A DNA stretch of 64,000 nucleotides, taken from contig DATHJB010000135.1 of NCBI GenBank assembly GCA_035316325.1, forward strand, positions 10,249-74,248, given 5' to 3'. Below the pieces are notes generated by a model. It was not told the DNA's origin. It was given only the letters and a program-made list of their open reading frames with translations, and made no database searches. Positions 38,201-46,741 of this stretch are shown here, in pieces. The translations under genes were made by a program, and so were the position numbers. Each line of letters begins with the position of its first letter. The first letter of the stretch is position 1. Source of the DNA: Acidimicrobiales bacterium. Lineage in GTDB: Bacteria; Actinomycetota; Acidimicrobiia; Acidimicrobiales; VFJN01.

Positions 38201-38692
38201 ATCCTGCTGCTGGAGGGCGCGGGCGAGGTCGGGCTCGACAGCGAGCGCCTGCTGGAGCGGCTCAGCATCGCCCGCCTGCACCACGGCGACTCGAGGAAGC
38301 CGGTGCCGTTCCTCCTCGTGGGCTGCCGGGGCGCCGACCGGGCCTGGCGGATCGGCAACTTCGTGGTCGACAAGGCGGTCGACACGACGTGGGTCGAGTC
38401 GTCGTACTTCTCCGTGTTCTCGGCGGTCTACTTCGACGTGCTGCTGGCCGACGAGGAGCTGGCCAACTGGTTGCCGGTGCGGCAGCTGGCGGTGGCGCAC
38501 CGGGTGGCGAGCCAGCTGTGCCACTTCGAGGTGGCGCCGGTCGGGAGCCTCCGATCCGCGGCCGAGGGATCGGTGCGCATCGCCATCGAGCACGACGACG
38601 ACCGCCGCCCGCTCGTCGCCGTCGACGTGAAGATGGTCCCCGACGAGCAGCTCGCCCCCGTCGACCTCCTCGTCGGCATCTCCTACCGCTGA
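35291..38692 (+). CDS. chimeric membrane protein: ArsB/NhaD-type (IT-superfamily) permease + 2-TM K-channel-like pore with a degenerate filter + two RCK/TrkA-N-like domains
   Basis: Track ORF 35000..38692, start at ATG 35291 after GGGGAGAGG. Permease motifs TSNDIVVLTMTPIV and GSPTNLILG. Pore EFMTWLTVFVSSGFENSRFPRSTLGHILSAALALGAL. Rossmann-like RLVVVNCAVDNLALVQTLIKESGRFVTIASRDP and VVHVVGAGCFAQTCALDL. Confidence 0.75.
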   Translation: MGAEAALTENELTAADPATGHPLMAFAPRLALWVAIVALDVVADPDPALVLLLIALAGVVTIVTDSRFAWERGLEARSIPSREAWVPLAMLGLMLQLDLVQSGSIGDVLGDKGPVILFIMGFALVSEGLRRSGFIHFLAYRLTDRGGSNTTRLTLYLFLLSSLLTYFTSNDIVVLTMTPIVMSVAYQARIRNAKLLLLSQFIAANTVSMGILIGSPTNLILGQAMDIRFVEYLFLMLAPATVALMVTFVFVTWVNGFVEKRGRSENRVLRWLVGTWTHEDRYSPPRFSEYRTFTGEMRTWVGVFALAVLLLTVGTATNTGLLLAAIAIAGLGLYTLRRSARNRDEPTGRLFMVRSLRVLPFGIVFFGLTYFVLADAMADTRFVQEDVDEFVTDHASSHTPVPSWGAMLTSGGLVNTMNDLPASALTGTVLERVEFDTPFDRALVVQGTAAGLNIATYVTPVGALAGIIWFDILRKEKQSQRLSAAKSGRAAFDVVTPSRRDLVVYGSVMFLATTAVLGATNFGFVALADALLGPPSGGSEFGTASSHMFWMVVCLALVVAVVVAFRRVLSSAGVALSHLGDVLVVLTQVRLWASRHKLLAAACIAGLLFTASGVLLYWAETFHAREYGRSALFEDPGEFMTWLTVFVSSGFENSRFPRSTLGHILSAALALGALTALLAFVRISTSPTDLGLRRKLARGEIPSERLVVVNCAVDNLALVQTLIKESGRFVTIASRDPLLETRFGLRKNDRVDVIPYEGGTAELVGSLRLHEAHELVLLSRSVTDDFENLALLAALDAQMVTPPATVLQVHERELSLLLDRRVSSELRSAVVRTPFDLVVSAFLVADAAGLPAELQGLYREPLVGRTAEPDVDPHIRLRGVGHPLTVGVDSSRAGAGPRSVVHVVGAGCFAQTCALDLVTLGVPDVRLVVAADEPLLPGVTGTAGLTVVSCDNERDAADLLSPSASPDDAAILLLEGAGEVGLDSERLLERLSIARLHHGDSRKPVPFLLVGCRGADRAWRIGNFVVDKAVDTTWVESSYFSVFSAVYFDVLLADEELANWLPVRQLAVAHRVASQLCHFEVAPVGSLRSAAEGSVRIAIEHDDDRRPLVAVDVKMVPDEQLAPVDLLVGISYR

Positions 38693-39180
38693 GGCGGCGG
38701 CCCGATCACGATCGTCATGCAGGCGCTGGTGGCGCTGTCCACGTAGTCGCCGAACGGCGGGCACGGCGTGAAGCCGACCCTCGCGTACAGGGCGCGGGCG
38801 GGGGCGAACGCCTCCATGACCCCGGTCTCGAGGCTCACCCGGCGGTAGCCCCGCTCGCGTGCGACCGACAGGAGGTGCTCGACCAGCGCCCGTCCCACGC
38901 CCTGGCCCCTGGCAGCCTCGGCGGTGTGGAACGACTTCAGCTCGGCGTGGGCGTCGTCCAGCTGCTTGAGGGCGCCGATGCCGAGGAGGCGGTCGTCGCG
39001 GCGGGCACGGGCGCTGAAGAAGGTGACGCTCGGGTCCGCGAGGCCGTCGACGCCCAGCGCATGGACGCCCTCGGGTGGCGTGACCTCCCGGGCGAACGCC
39101 AGGTGCCGCTCCAGCAGCGCGCGCACGTCGTCGGCGTTCGGATCGTCGTTGGCGATGACCAGGTCCATCACGCCGCCCAT
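38683..39180 (-). CDS. GNAT family N-acetyltransferase
   Basis: Track ORF. Acetyl-CoA motif ARGQGVGRALVEHLL. An alternative ATG lies at 39168. Confidence 0.8.
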   Translation of the reverse strand: MGGVMDLVIANDDPNADDVRALLERHLAFAREVTPPEGVHALGVDGLADPSVTFFSARARRDDRLLGIGALKQLDDAHAELKSFHTAEAARGQGVGRALVEHLLSVARERGYRRVSLETGVMEAFAPARALYARVGFTPCPPFGDYVDSATSACMTIVIGPPPQR

Positions 39181-39286
39181 TCAAGCGGGATCGGGACCCC
39201 GGCCAGAGCTACCGGTAACTTCCCCCTCCAACCACCCCGCCGCCGCCCCAAGCGGGCTCGGGCTTCGCCGAGGCAAACTCCCCGGT

Positions 39287-40405
39287 ATGGACCTGGAGCT
39301 GCCGCCCGACGACGATCCCCGGCGCAAGGCCGTGCGGGCTTGGCTGGAGGAGCACCCGGCGCCGAGTGGACGGCAGCTGGCCGACGCCGGGTACGTCGCA
39401 CCGCACTGGCCGCGGCCGTGGGGCCTCGACGCCGACCCGATCCACCAGATCGTGATCGACGACGAGCTGAAGCGGGCGGGCGTCCGTCGTCCGGTCAACC
39501 CGATCGGCATCGGCTGGGCCGGCCCGACGCTGCTCCACGCCGGCACCGAGGAGCAGAAGGAGCGCTACCTGTTCCCGCTGCTGTCGGGCAAGGAGATGTG
39601 GTGCCAGCTGTTCAGCGAGCCCGGCGCCGGCTCCGACCTGGCGTCCTTGACGACCCGGGCCGAGCTCGACGGCGACGAGTGGGTGGTCACCGGGCAGAAG
39701 GTGTGGACGTCGCTGGCGCACGTGTCGCGCTACGGGATCCTCATCGCCCGCACCGACCCGTCGGCACCGAAGCACCGGGGCATCTCCTACTTCGTGTGCC
39801 CGATGGACACGCCCGGCATCACCGTCCGCCCGCTGGTGGAGATGACCGGCGCCCACACGTTCAACGAGGTGTTCCTCGACGAGGTGCGGCTCCCCACCGA
39901 GCACCTGGTGGGGGAGGTGGGCCAGGGCTGGGACCTGGCCAAGGTGACGCTGGCGAACGAGCGGGTGTCGCTGTCGTCGGGCGGGGCGCTGTGGGGCCAG
40001 GGGCCGTCGTTCGAGACGCTGCTGGGCGTGGTGCGGGACAAGGGCGGCGTCGACGACCCGCTGCTGCGGGACCGTTTGGTGCGGCTCTGGATGGAGGCGC
40101 AGGTGCTGCGCATGATCCGGCTCCGGACGGTCACGGCGGCGGTGAAGGGGACCCAGCCGGGGCCGGAGGCGTCGGTGCGCAAGATCATCGCCGACGAGCA
40201 CGGCCAGAAGTTGTTCGAGCTGGCCAAGGACCTGGCCGGCCCGGCCGGGATGCTCACCGACGGCGGCCCCCTCGGCGCCGACGTCGACCTCTGGCACCAC
40301 GGCTACCTCTTCGCCCGCGCCCTCACGATCGGCGGCGGCACCACCGAGGTCCAACGCAACATCATCGCCGAACGCGCCCTCGGCCTCCCCCACGATCCGC
40401 CGTAG
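39287..40405 (+). CDS. acyl-CoA dehydrogenase
   Basis: C-terminal 372 aa of track ORF 38924..40405, from ATG 39287 (MDLELPPDDDPRRK). WCQLFSEPGAGSDLASL, GQKVWTS, TIGGGTTEVQRNIIAE. Confidence 0.9.
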   Translation: MDLELPPDDDPRRKAVRAWLEEHPAPSGRQLADAGYVAPHWPRPWGLDADPIHQIVIDDELKRAGVRRPVNPIGIGWAGPTLLHAGTEEQKERYLFPLLSGKEMWCQLFSEPGAGSDLASLTTRAELDGDEWVVTGQKVWTSLAHVSRYGILIARTDPSAPKHRGISYFVCPMDTPGITVRPLVEMTGAHTFNEVFLDEVRLPTEHLVGEVGQGWDLAKVTLANERVSLSSGGALWGQGPSFETLLGVVRDKGGVDDPLLRDRLVRLWMEAQVLRMIRLRTVTAAVKGTQPGPEASVRKIIADEHGQKLFELAKDLAGPAGMLTDGGPLGADVDLWHHGYLFARALTIGGGTTEVQRNIIAERALGLPHDPP

Positions 40406-40469
40406 AGCTGTCGAAAACGGGGGAGCGGGTGCGTCCTATGGGTGAAGGACCGGACGAGGAGGACTGAGG

Positions 40470-40886
40470 ATGCTTGGACGTAAGGACTACACGCGGGAGG
40501 AGCTCGACGGGGCCCGGGCAGCGATGGAGGCGCAGCTGGCGGCCTACCGGGGGCTGTCAGGGGTCTCACCGGGCGACGAGTTCGAGTGGCGGTTGTTCAA
40601 CAACATGGTGCTGGTGCTCGACCGGTACTTCGTCCATCGGATCCGGCCGGTGGCCGGCAAGGACGGCAACCCGCTCAACGAGGTCGAGCTGATCTGCGAG
40701 TCCCTCCTGGGCAACCAGGGCGTGTTCCGGGGCAACAAGGTGCTGAAGTACGTCCCCGAGGAGTCCGTGCTGAAGCTGGGCGTCGGCGACGAGATCCGCC
40801 TCTCCGCCGACGACTTCGAGCGCCTCGCCGCGGGCTTCCTCGCCGAGCTGGAGCGCCGGTTCGTCGCGCCCGCCCAGGCCGGCTAG
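40470..40886 (+). CDS. hypothetical protein
   Basis: Track ORF. ATG preceded by GAGGAGGACTGAGG. Good G/C third-position bias. No family recognised. Confidence 0.65.
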   Translation: MLGRKDYTREELDGARAAMEAQLAAYRGLSGVSPGDEFEWRLFNNMVLVLDRYFVHRIRPVAGKDGNPLNEVELICESLLGNQGVFRGNKVLKYVPEESVLKLGVGDEIRLSADDFERLAAGFLAELERRFVAPAQAG

Positions 40887-42154
40887 GCCGCCGAAGCCGC
40901 GGCGGGCTCTCGTTCGGAGGTGGCGACCTCCCGGCTCTCGGCGGAGAACCGCGGCAGGCGGCGCCAGACCCACATGGCGGCCAGGCCGGTGGCGATCCCG
41001 CCGACCGCGAGGCCGGCTCGTGGGGTCCACTCCTCGCTGATCCAGCCGACGATCGGGCCGCCGATGGGCGTCGAACCCAGGAACACCATGCTGAACAGCG
41101 CCAGCACCCGGCCCCGCATCGCCGGGTCGGCCTTGAGCTGTGCGGTGGCGTTCGACCCCGTGATCACCATGAACGACGTGAACCCCAGCGGCAGGATCGC
41201 CAGCAGCGCCAACGGCGTGTTGGGGGCGAACGACAGCGCCATCGTGGTGATCGCCATCCCGGCGGCGCCCACCACCAGGAACCGCAGGGTGATGTTGCTC
41301 TGGCGGGCCACCATCAGGGCGCCCAGGACCGACCCCAGGCTCAACACCGCGTACAGCAGGGTGAAGGTGCCGGCGTCGCCGCCGAGGTCGCGCTCGGCCA
41401 GCAGCGGCAGCGTCACCGGGTAGTTGAAGGCCAGCGTGCCGATCACCGCGGCGAGCACCAGCGGCACCATCAGCTCGGGAGTGCGCCACACGTAGCGGAA
41501 GCCCTCCGACAGCTGGCCCTTGGCCTTGGCGATGCGGGGGGCGGCCCGGAACTTCGAGCGGTCCATCCGCAGCAGGGCGCCGATCACGAACGCGTAGCTG
41601 ACGGCGTTCACCACGAAGCACCACTCGATGCCCGGCCCGGCGATCAGCGCACCCGCCAGGGCGGGCCCGATCGTGCGGGCGCCGGTCATCACCGCGCTGT
41701 TGAGGCCGACGGCGTTGGGCACCTCGTCCTCCGCCACGAGCTCGGTGACGAACGCCCTTCGCGCCGGGCTGTCGATGGCGGTCAGCACGCCGAAGGTGGT
41801 GACGAACAGGTAGAAGACGACCTCGTTCACGTTGCCGGTGACCACCAGCACGGCTTCGACCACGGCGATCGAGGCGAAGCACACCTGGGTGGCGAGCATG
41901 AGGCGCTGGCGGTCGAGGCGGTCCGACAGCACGCCGCCCCACGGCCCGAGGAACAGCACGGGACCGAAGCGGGCCGCGGTCACGAGGCCCAGCGCCACGC
42001 CGGAGCCGGTGAGCTGCAGCATCAGCCAGGTGACGGCGACGGCTTCCAACCACGTGCCGGTCTGGCTGATCAGCTGACCGGTGAAGAAGAGGCGGAAGTT
42101 GCGATTGCGGAGCGACCGGAAGGTGTTGCCGGCTTCGAGCCTCAGCCGGGTCAT
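40883..42154 (-). CDS. MFS transporter (EntS/DUF894-like)
   Basis: Track ORF 40883..42265, start at ATG 42154 (MTRLRLEAGNTFRSLRNRNFRLFFTGQ). Twelve predicted TM helices. ATGA overlap with the MarR gene. Confidence 0.85.
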   Translation of the reverse strand: MTRLRLEAGNTFRSLRNRNFRLFFTGQLISQTGTWLEAVAVTWLMLQLTGSGVALGLVTAARFGPVLFLGPWGGVLSDRLDRQRLMLATQVCFASIAVVEAVLVVTGNVNEVVFYLFVTTFGVLTAIDSPARRAFVTELVAEDEVPNAVGLNSAVMTGARTIGPALAGALIAGPGIEWCFVVNAVSYAFVIGALLRMDRSKFRAAPRIAKAKGQLSEGFRYVWRTPELMVPLVLAAVIGTLAFNYPVTLPLLAERDLGGDAGTFTLLYAVLSLGSVLGALMVARQSNITLRFLVVGAAGMAITTMALSFAPNTPLALLAILPLGFTSFMVITGSNATAQLKADPAMRGRVLALFSMVFLGSTPIGGPIVGWISEEWTPRAGLAVGGIATGLAAMWVWRRLPRFSAESREVATSEREPAAASAA

Positions 42155-42603
42155 TCCGCCTCGACGACCTGGGGTTCGGCCGCGAGCACCTCCAACACCC
42201 GTAGAGCGGCGGCGACGTCGGCGAGCTGGGCTTCGTCGAAGCCGTCGAGCCGCTCGGCCAGCCACAGGTTGCGGCGTTGGCGGCTGTGGTCGAGCCGGCG
42301 GCGGCCCTCCGCGGTGACATCGACCCGCACGACGCGCCGGTCGCTTGCGTCGACCTGCCGGACGACCAGGCCGTCGTCCTCCAGCTTGGCGGCGACGCGC
42401 GTGATGGTCGGTGGGGCGACCTGCTCGATCTTGGCGAGGTGCCCCAGCGTGAGGGGCCCGTGCCCGTCGATCGACACCAGGAGCGAGTACTGCGACGGCG
42501 TCAGCCCGGTGCCGGACTGCTGCCGCAGCCGCCGGGCCAGGCGCGCCGTGGCCAGCCGCAGGCGGGAGGCCATCTCGAGGGGATCGTTTGGGGCCTTACT
42601 CAT
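42151..42603 (-). CDS. MarR family transcriptional regulator
   Basis: Track ORF. Winged HTH LTPSQYSLLVSIDGHGPLTLGHLAKIEQVAPPTITRVAAKLEDDGLVVR...DRR. Confidence 0.9.
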   Translation of the reverse strand: MSKAPNDPLEMASRLRLATARLARRLRQQSGTGLTPSQYSLLVSIDGHGPLTLGHLAKIEQVAPPTITRVAAKLEDDGLVVRQVDASDRRVVRVDVTAEGRRRLDHSRQRRNLWLAERLDGFDEAQLADVAAALRVLEVLAAEPQVVEAE

Positions 42604-42630
42604 TTCGCATCGCTAATTAGCTTAGCGAAA
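42603..42630. promoter_or_regulatory. candidate MarR autoregulatory operator
   Basis: TTTCGC-ATC-GCTAATTAGC-TTA-GCGAAA: a perfect 10-bp central palindrome flanked by inverted TTTCGC/GCGAAA. It abuts the MarR start codon. Confidence 0.5.
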
Positions 42631-42690
42631 CATCTGCCGAACGCCGACGGGATTCGCGCCTCGGTCGCTGCGTTTGGCAGGATCTGACCG

Positions 42691-43065
42691 ATGTCCAAAG
42701 GTGTCGCCACCGAGTTTCGACGCAACGAGCGGGTCCGCACGCTGGACGACCTCCCCGGGGTCCCCAAGGGCACCGAGGGCCAGGTGCTCCTCGTCGACGG
42801 CTTCACCTGGACCAGGTACCGCGTCGCCTTCGACAACGGCTACGACCTCGGCTCCATCGACGGTGGCCACCTGAGTCGCCCCAAGGAGTTCGCCGCCGCG
42901 CTCGAGCTGCGGGAGAAGCCGGTCGAGACGGCCGTGGCCAGCAGCAACGGCGACGGAGCCGCGGCGGCCGAATCCGGAGGCGAGGACAAGGTGGTCAACG
43001 GGGTATCGGTCCCGGGGCTCCTGATCGAGCGATCGCGGCTCGCCCGCGAGCGCCTCGGCGCCTAG
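42691..43065 (+). CDS. hypothetical protein
   Basis: Track ORF, ATG start. No family recognised. Confidence 0.55.
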   Translation: MSKGVATEFRRNERVRTLDDLPGVPKGTEGQVLLVDGFTWTRYRVAFDNGYDLGSIDGGHLSRPKEFAAALELREKPVETAVASSNGDGAAAAESGGEDKVVNGVSVPGLLIERSRLARERLGA

Positions 43066-43109
43066 CGATCGGGCGCCGCCACACCCAAACCCTCCAAGGG
43101 GACGAACTC

Positions 43110-44147
43110 ATGAAGCTCGGGATGCCGTTGAGCTATGCGGGCGGGTTCAAGGAGGCGGCCCGGCAGGCCTCCGAGCTGGAGCAGGCCGGCCTCGACATGG
43201 TGTGGGTGGCCGAGGCCTACGGCTTCGACGGCGTCAGCTTCATGGGCTACCTCGCCGCGGTCACCGACCGGGTCGAGATCGCCGCCGGCATCCTCCCCAT
43301 CTACACCCGCACGCCGACGCTGCTGGCGATGACGGCGGCCGGCGTCGACGCCCTGTCGGACGGACGCTGCGTCCTCGGCCTCGGCGCGTCGGGCCCGCAG
43401 GTGATCGAGGGCTGGCACGGCGTCCCCTACGACCGTCCGCTGCAGCGCACCCGCGAGATCGTCGACATCTGCCGCTCCGTGTGGCGCCGCGAGCGGGTCA
43501 CCTACGACGGCAAGGCCTACCAGCTCCCCCTGCCCGAGGGGCAGGGCACCGGTCTGGGCAAGCCGCTCAAGCTGATCACCCGGCCCGTGCGCGAGCGCAT
43601 CCCGATCTACGTCGCCGCGCTCGGCCCGAAGAACGTCGAGCTGACCGCCGAGGTGGCCGAGGGCTGGCTGCCGATCTTCTTCGACCCCATGAAGGCCAAC
43701 GACGTGTGGGGCGACGACCTGGCCGCGGGCTTCGCGAAGCGCGCCCCCGACCTCGGCACGCTGCAGATCGGCGTGCAGGCCATGGTCGCCGTCGGCGACG
43801 ACGCGGCCATGCTGCGCGACCTGGCCCGCCCGCTGCTGGCGCTCTACATCGGCGGGATGGGCGCCCGCGGGAAGAACTTCTACAACGATCTGGCCTGCCG
43901 CTACGGCTACGAGGCCGAGGCCAAGGAGGTGCAGGACCTCTACCTCGACGGTAAGAAGGACGAGGCCGCCAGGGCCATCCCCGCCGAGCTGGTGGAGGCC
44001 ACCACCCTCTGCGGCCCGGAGGGCTACGTGCGCGAGCGCATCGCCGCCCACAAGGCGGCCGGCGTCACCGTGATGAGCCTCACGCCGGTCGCCACCGACA
44101 TCCCCGCGCTGGTCGGCCAGCTCAAGCAGTGGATGGAGGATGCATGA
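43110..44147 (+). CDS. LLM-class F420-dependent oxidoreductase
   Basis: Track ORF. AEAYGFDGVS, LGLGASGPQVIEGWHGVPY. Confidence 0.9.
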   Translation: MKLGMPLSYAGGFKEAARQASELEQAGLDMVWVAEAYGFDGVSFMGYLAAVTDRVEIAAGILPIYTRTPTLLAMTAAGVDALSDGRCVLGLGASGPQVIEGWHGVPYDRPLQRTREIVDICRSVWRRERVTYDGKAYQLPLPEGQGTGLGKPLKLITRPVRERIPIYVAALGPKNVELTAEVAEGWLPIFFDPMKANDVWGDDLAAGFAKRAPDLGTLQIGVQAMVAVGDDAAMLRDLARPLLALYIGGMGARGKNFYNDLACRYGYEAEAKEVQDLYLDGKKDEAARAIPAELVEATTLCGPEGYVRERIAAHKAAGVTVMSLTPVATDIPALVGQLKQWMEDA

Positions 44148-45679
44148 GCACGACGGACACGACAGGCACCGACGCCGCCGCCACCTTCGAGACCCGCGAC
44201 CCCCGCACCGGCGAGCTGATCGCCGAGGTGCCCGAGCACAGCGCCGAGGAGGTGCAGGCCGCGGTCGAGCGGGCCCGGTCGGCCTTCGCCACGTGGAGCA
44301 GGCTGACGTGGGACCAGCGCCTCGACCACGTGCTCGCGGTGCGCGACCTGCTGCTCGACCGGGTCGACGAGGTCGTCGAGGTGATCTGCAAGGAGACCGG
44401 CAAGCTCGAGGGCGAGGCCGTCCTCGCCGAGGTCACCGCCACCTGCGAGCTGATCGAGTTCTACCGGAAGCACGGGGCCAAGGCGCTGCGCCCCGCCCGG
44501 GTGCCGACGGGCGCCATGCTGCCCCACAAGAAGGCCTGGCGGGTGTTCGAGCCGATGGGCGTCGTGGGCGTGATCTCGCCCTGGAACTATCCGCTCACCC
44601 TGGCCATGACCCCCACGGTCACGGCGGTGCTGGCCGGCAACGCCGTGGTGCTGAAGCCGTCCGAGGTGACGCCGCTCGTCGGGCTGGAGGTCGGCCGCCT
44701 GTTCGCCGAGGCCGGCGCCCATCCCGACCTGGTGCAGGTGGTCACCGGGCGGGGGCCGACCGGTGACGCCCTGGTGCGGGCCGGCGTGCAGAAGGTGGCG
44801 TTCACCGGCTCGGTGCGCACCGGGAAGCTGGTGATGAAGGCGGCCGCCGACACGCTCACGCCCGTGCTCCTGGAGCTGGGCGGCAAGGACCCGATGATCG
44901 TGTGCGACGACGCCAACCTGGAGCGGGCCGCCAACGGCGCCGTGTGGGGCGCCTTCACCAACTCGGGCCAGACGTGCATCGCCGTCGAGCGGGTGTACGT
45001 GCAGGAGCGGGTGTACGACCGCTTCGTCGACCTGGTGGTCGACAAGACCAAGGCCCTGCGCCAGGGGGTCGGCGCCGGCAACGACATCGGCTCGATGACG
45101 TTCGCCCCGCAGGTCGACATCGTGTCCCGTCACGTCGACGACGCCCTCGCCAAGGGCGCCCGGGTGTTGACCGGCGGGCAGCGGGTGCCCGACAAGGCGG
45201 GACTCTGGTACGAGCCGACCGTGCTGGTCGACGTCGACCACGAGATGGACGTGATGCGCGAGGAGACGTTCGGCCCGGTGCTGCCGATCATGGCGGTGGC
45301 CGACGACGACGAGGCGATCCGCCTCGCCAACGACTCGCCCTACGGCCTCAACAGCTCCGTGTGGTCGGCCGACGGCGACCGGGCCGAAGTGCTCGCCGGC
45401 CGCGTCGAGGCCGGCAACGTCTGCATCAACGACTGCCTGGTGAACTACGGCGTCGGCGGGCTCCCGTTCGGCGGGGTGAAGGACTCCGGCATCGGCCGGG
45501 TGCACGGCGTCGAAGGGCTGCAGGCGTTCAGCAACGTGAAGTCGGTGCTGGCCAGCCGGGTGGCGCTCAAGCGGGAGCCCTACTGGTACCCGGCCCCCGG
45601 CTGGTTCCAGCGGACGCTGCTGCGGGTGTTGCGCTTCCGCTACCGCCGCGGCGTCGGCGCCAAGCTCTCCGGGGGCTAG
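44144..45679 (+). CDS. NAD(P)-dependent aldehyde dehydrogenase
   Basis: Track ORF 44129..45679, start at ATG 44144 (ATGA overlap with the LLM gene). FTGSVRTGK, ELGGKDP, FTNSGQTCIAVERV. Confidence 0.9.
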   Translation: MSTTDTTGTDAAATFETRDPRTGELIAEVPEHSAEEVQAAVERARSAFATWSRLTWDQRLDHVLAVRDLLLDRVDEVVEVICKETGKLEGEAVLAEVTATCELIEFYRKHGAKALRPARVPTGAMLPHKKAWRVFEPMGVVGVISPWNYPLTLAMTPTVTAVLAGNAVVLKPSEVTPLVGLEVGRLFAEAGAHPDLVQVVTGRGPTGDALVRAGVQKVAFTGSVRTGKLVMKAAADTLTPVLLELGGKDPMIVCDDANLERAANGAVWGAFTNSGQTCIAVERVYVQERVYDRFVDLVVDKTKALRQGVGAGNDIGSMTFAPQVDIVSRHVDDALAKGARVLTGGQRVPDKAGLWYEPTVLVDVDHEMDVMREETFGPVLPIMAVADDDEAIRLANDSPYGLNSSVWSADGDRAEVLAGRVEAGNVCINDCLVNYGVGGLPFGGVKDSGIGRVHGVEGLQAFSNVKSVLASRVALKREPYWYPAPGWFQRTLLRVLRFRYRRGVGAKLSGG

Positions 45680-45688
45680 CAGCGCAGA

Positions 45689-45748
45689 CCGAAACTTCGA
45701 CAGAAACGGCGGCTATGGCGCCATCTGTGTCGAGATTTCGGTGGGCGG
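45689..45748 (+). repeat. nested-palindrome repeat, copy D
   Basis: CCGAAACTTCGACAGAAACGGCGGCTATGGCGCCATCTGTGTCGAGATTTCGGTGGGCGG. Lies in the 80-nt gap between convergent stops at 45679 and 45760. Confidence 0.85.
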
Positions 45749-45759
45749 CCGGCGGATAG

Positions 45760-46722
45760 CTAACGGCCGAGCTTCGCCAGGACCGCCTCGGCCTCCGTCA
45801 CGAAGCGCTCCACCAGCTCGGCCGCCGGGACCAGCTCGTCGATGGCGCCCACGCCCTGGCCGGCGGGGAAGAACTCGATCGCCGGGTCGACGCCGGTGGT
45901 CGACTCGTCGCCGCCCAGGTGGTTGGCACCGTCCTGGAGCGACACGACGAACTGCTGGGGGAACGGCTGCGTCGCCCGGCCGCCGGTCACGTACGACGTG
46001 GTGTAGTCGTTGGCCACCACCCGGCACGTCTTGCCCGTGTAGGCCCGGGTCACCACCGTGCCGTCCTCCTTGGTGGCCAGCAGGGTGTCCTTGTAGCCGA
46101 CCACGCTGCGGGCCTCGGGGGTGGCGATGAAGCGGGTGCCGACCCAGATGCCGTCGGCGCCCAGGGCCAGCGCCGCGGCGAGGCCCCGCCCGTCGACGAT
46201 GCCACCCGCGGCCACCACCGGCACCCGGTCGCCCACGGCGTCGACCACCTGGGGGACCAGCGCCATCGTCGCCACCTGGCCCGTGTGGCCGCCGGCCTCG
46301 GTGCCCTGGGCCACCACGATGTCGCAGCCCGCGGCCACGGCGTCGACGGCGTGGCGCACCTTGCCGCACATGTTCACCACGACGACGCCGTGCTCGTGGC
46401 ACAGCTGGATCACGTCGCGCGGCACGCCCAGCCCGGCGACGAACACCGAGGCGCCGCCCCGGATGACGTCCTCCACCTGGGCGACCATGTCGGCGGGGCT
46501 GGCCGTCAGGAGGTCGACGCCGAAGGGCTTGTCGGTGGCGTCCCGGACGGCGGCGATCTCCTGGCGCATCTCCTCGCGTCGCATCGTCGACGCCCCCAGG
46601 CACCCGAACCCACCGGCCTCCGACACCGCCGTCACCAGCTGGTGGTACGACACACCGCCCATGCCGGCGAGCATCACGGGTCGCTCGATCTGCAGGGTGT
46701 CGGTCAGCCGGGTCCGAAGCAT
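45760..46722 (-). CDS. nitronate monooxygenase / FabK-like FMN oxidoreductase (NMO family)
   Basis: Track ORF 45760..47079, start at ATG 46722 (MLRTRLTDTLQIERPVMLAGMGGVS). VVAAGGIVDGRGLAAALALGADGIWVGTRF. Confidence 0.85.
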   Translation of the reverse strand: MLRTRLTDTLQIERPVMLAGMGGVSYHQLVTAVSEAGGFGCLGASTMRREEMRQEIAAVRDATDKPFGVDLLTASPADMVAQVEDVIRGGASVFVAGLGVPRDVIQLCHEHGVVVVNMCGKVRHAVDAVAAGCDIVVAQGTEAGGHTGQVATMALVPQVVDAVGDRVPVVAAGGIVDGRGLAAALALGADGIWVGTRFIATPEARSVVGYKDTLLATKEDGTVVTRAYTGKTCRVVANDYTTSYVTGGRATQPFPQQFVVSLQDGANHLGGDESTTGVDPAIEFFPAGQGVGAIDELVPAAELVERFVTEAEAVLAKLGR

Positions 46723-46741
46723 GACCCCAGGCTGACCCGAA

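Noticed and set aside
35234-39184. Very long Arg/Pro/Gly-rich ORFs in the track: 35234..39184(-) 1316 aa, 36949..40467(+) 1172 aa, 48213..51206(+) 997 aa, 12896..15337(+) 813 aa, 54952..57399(+) 815 aa, 1474..3483(+) 669 aa, 40586..42616(+) 676 aa, 27339..29546(+) 735 aa, 51100..53274(+) 724 aa.
   Set aside because: They lie antisense to, or off-frame from, genes with clear family motifs. They have low-complexity R/P/G/A composition with no recognisable domains. This is the expected stop-codon-poor shadow of a very GC-rich genome.
39182-39262. Direct repeat CAAGCGGG(A/C)TCGGG at 39182 and 39249, in the GNAT / ACAD divergent region.
   Set aside because: It is short and GC-rich, so a chance match is plausible in this composition. 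No palindromic character or second locus supports a binding site.
40406-40425. AGCTGTCGAAAACGGGGGAG, just after the ACAD stop, resembles the right arm plus G-tail of the palindromic repeat (CTGTCGAGATTTCGGTGGGGG).
   Set aside because: It is only a half-site with gaps, and no left arm lies nearby. It could be a remnant, but the match is too short to call.
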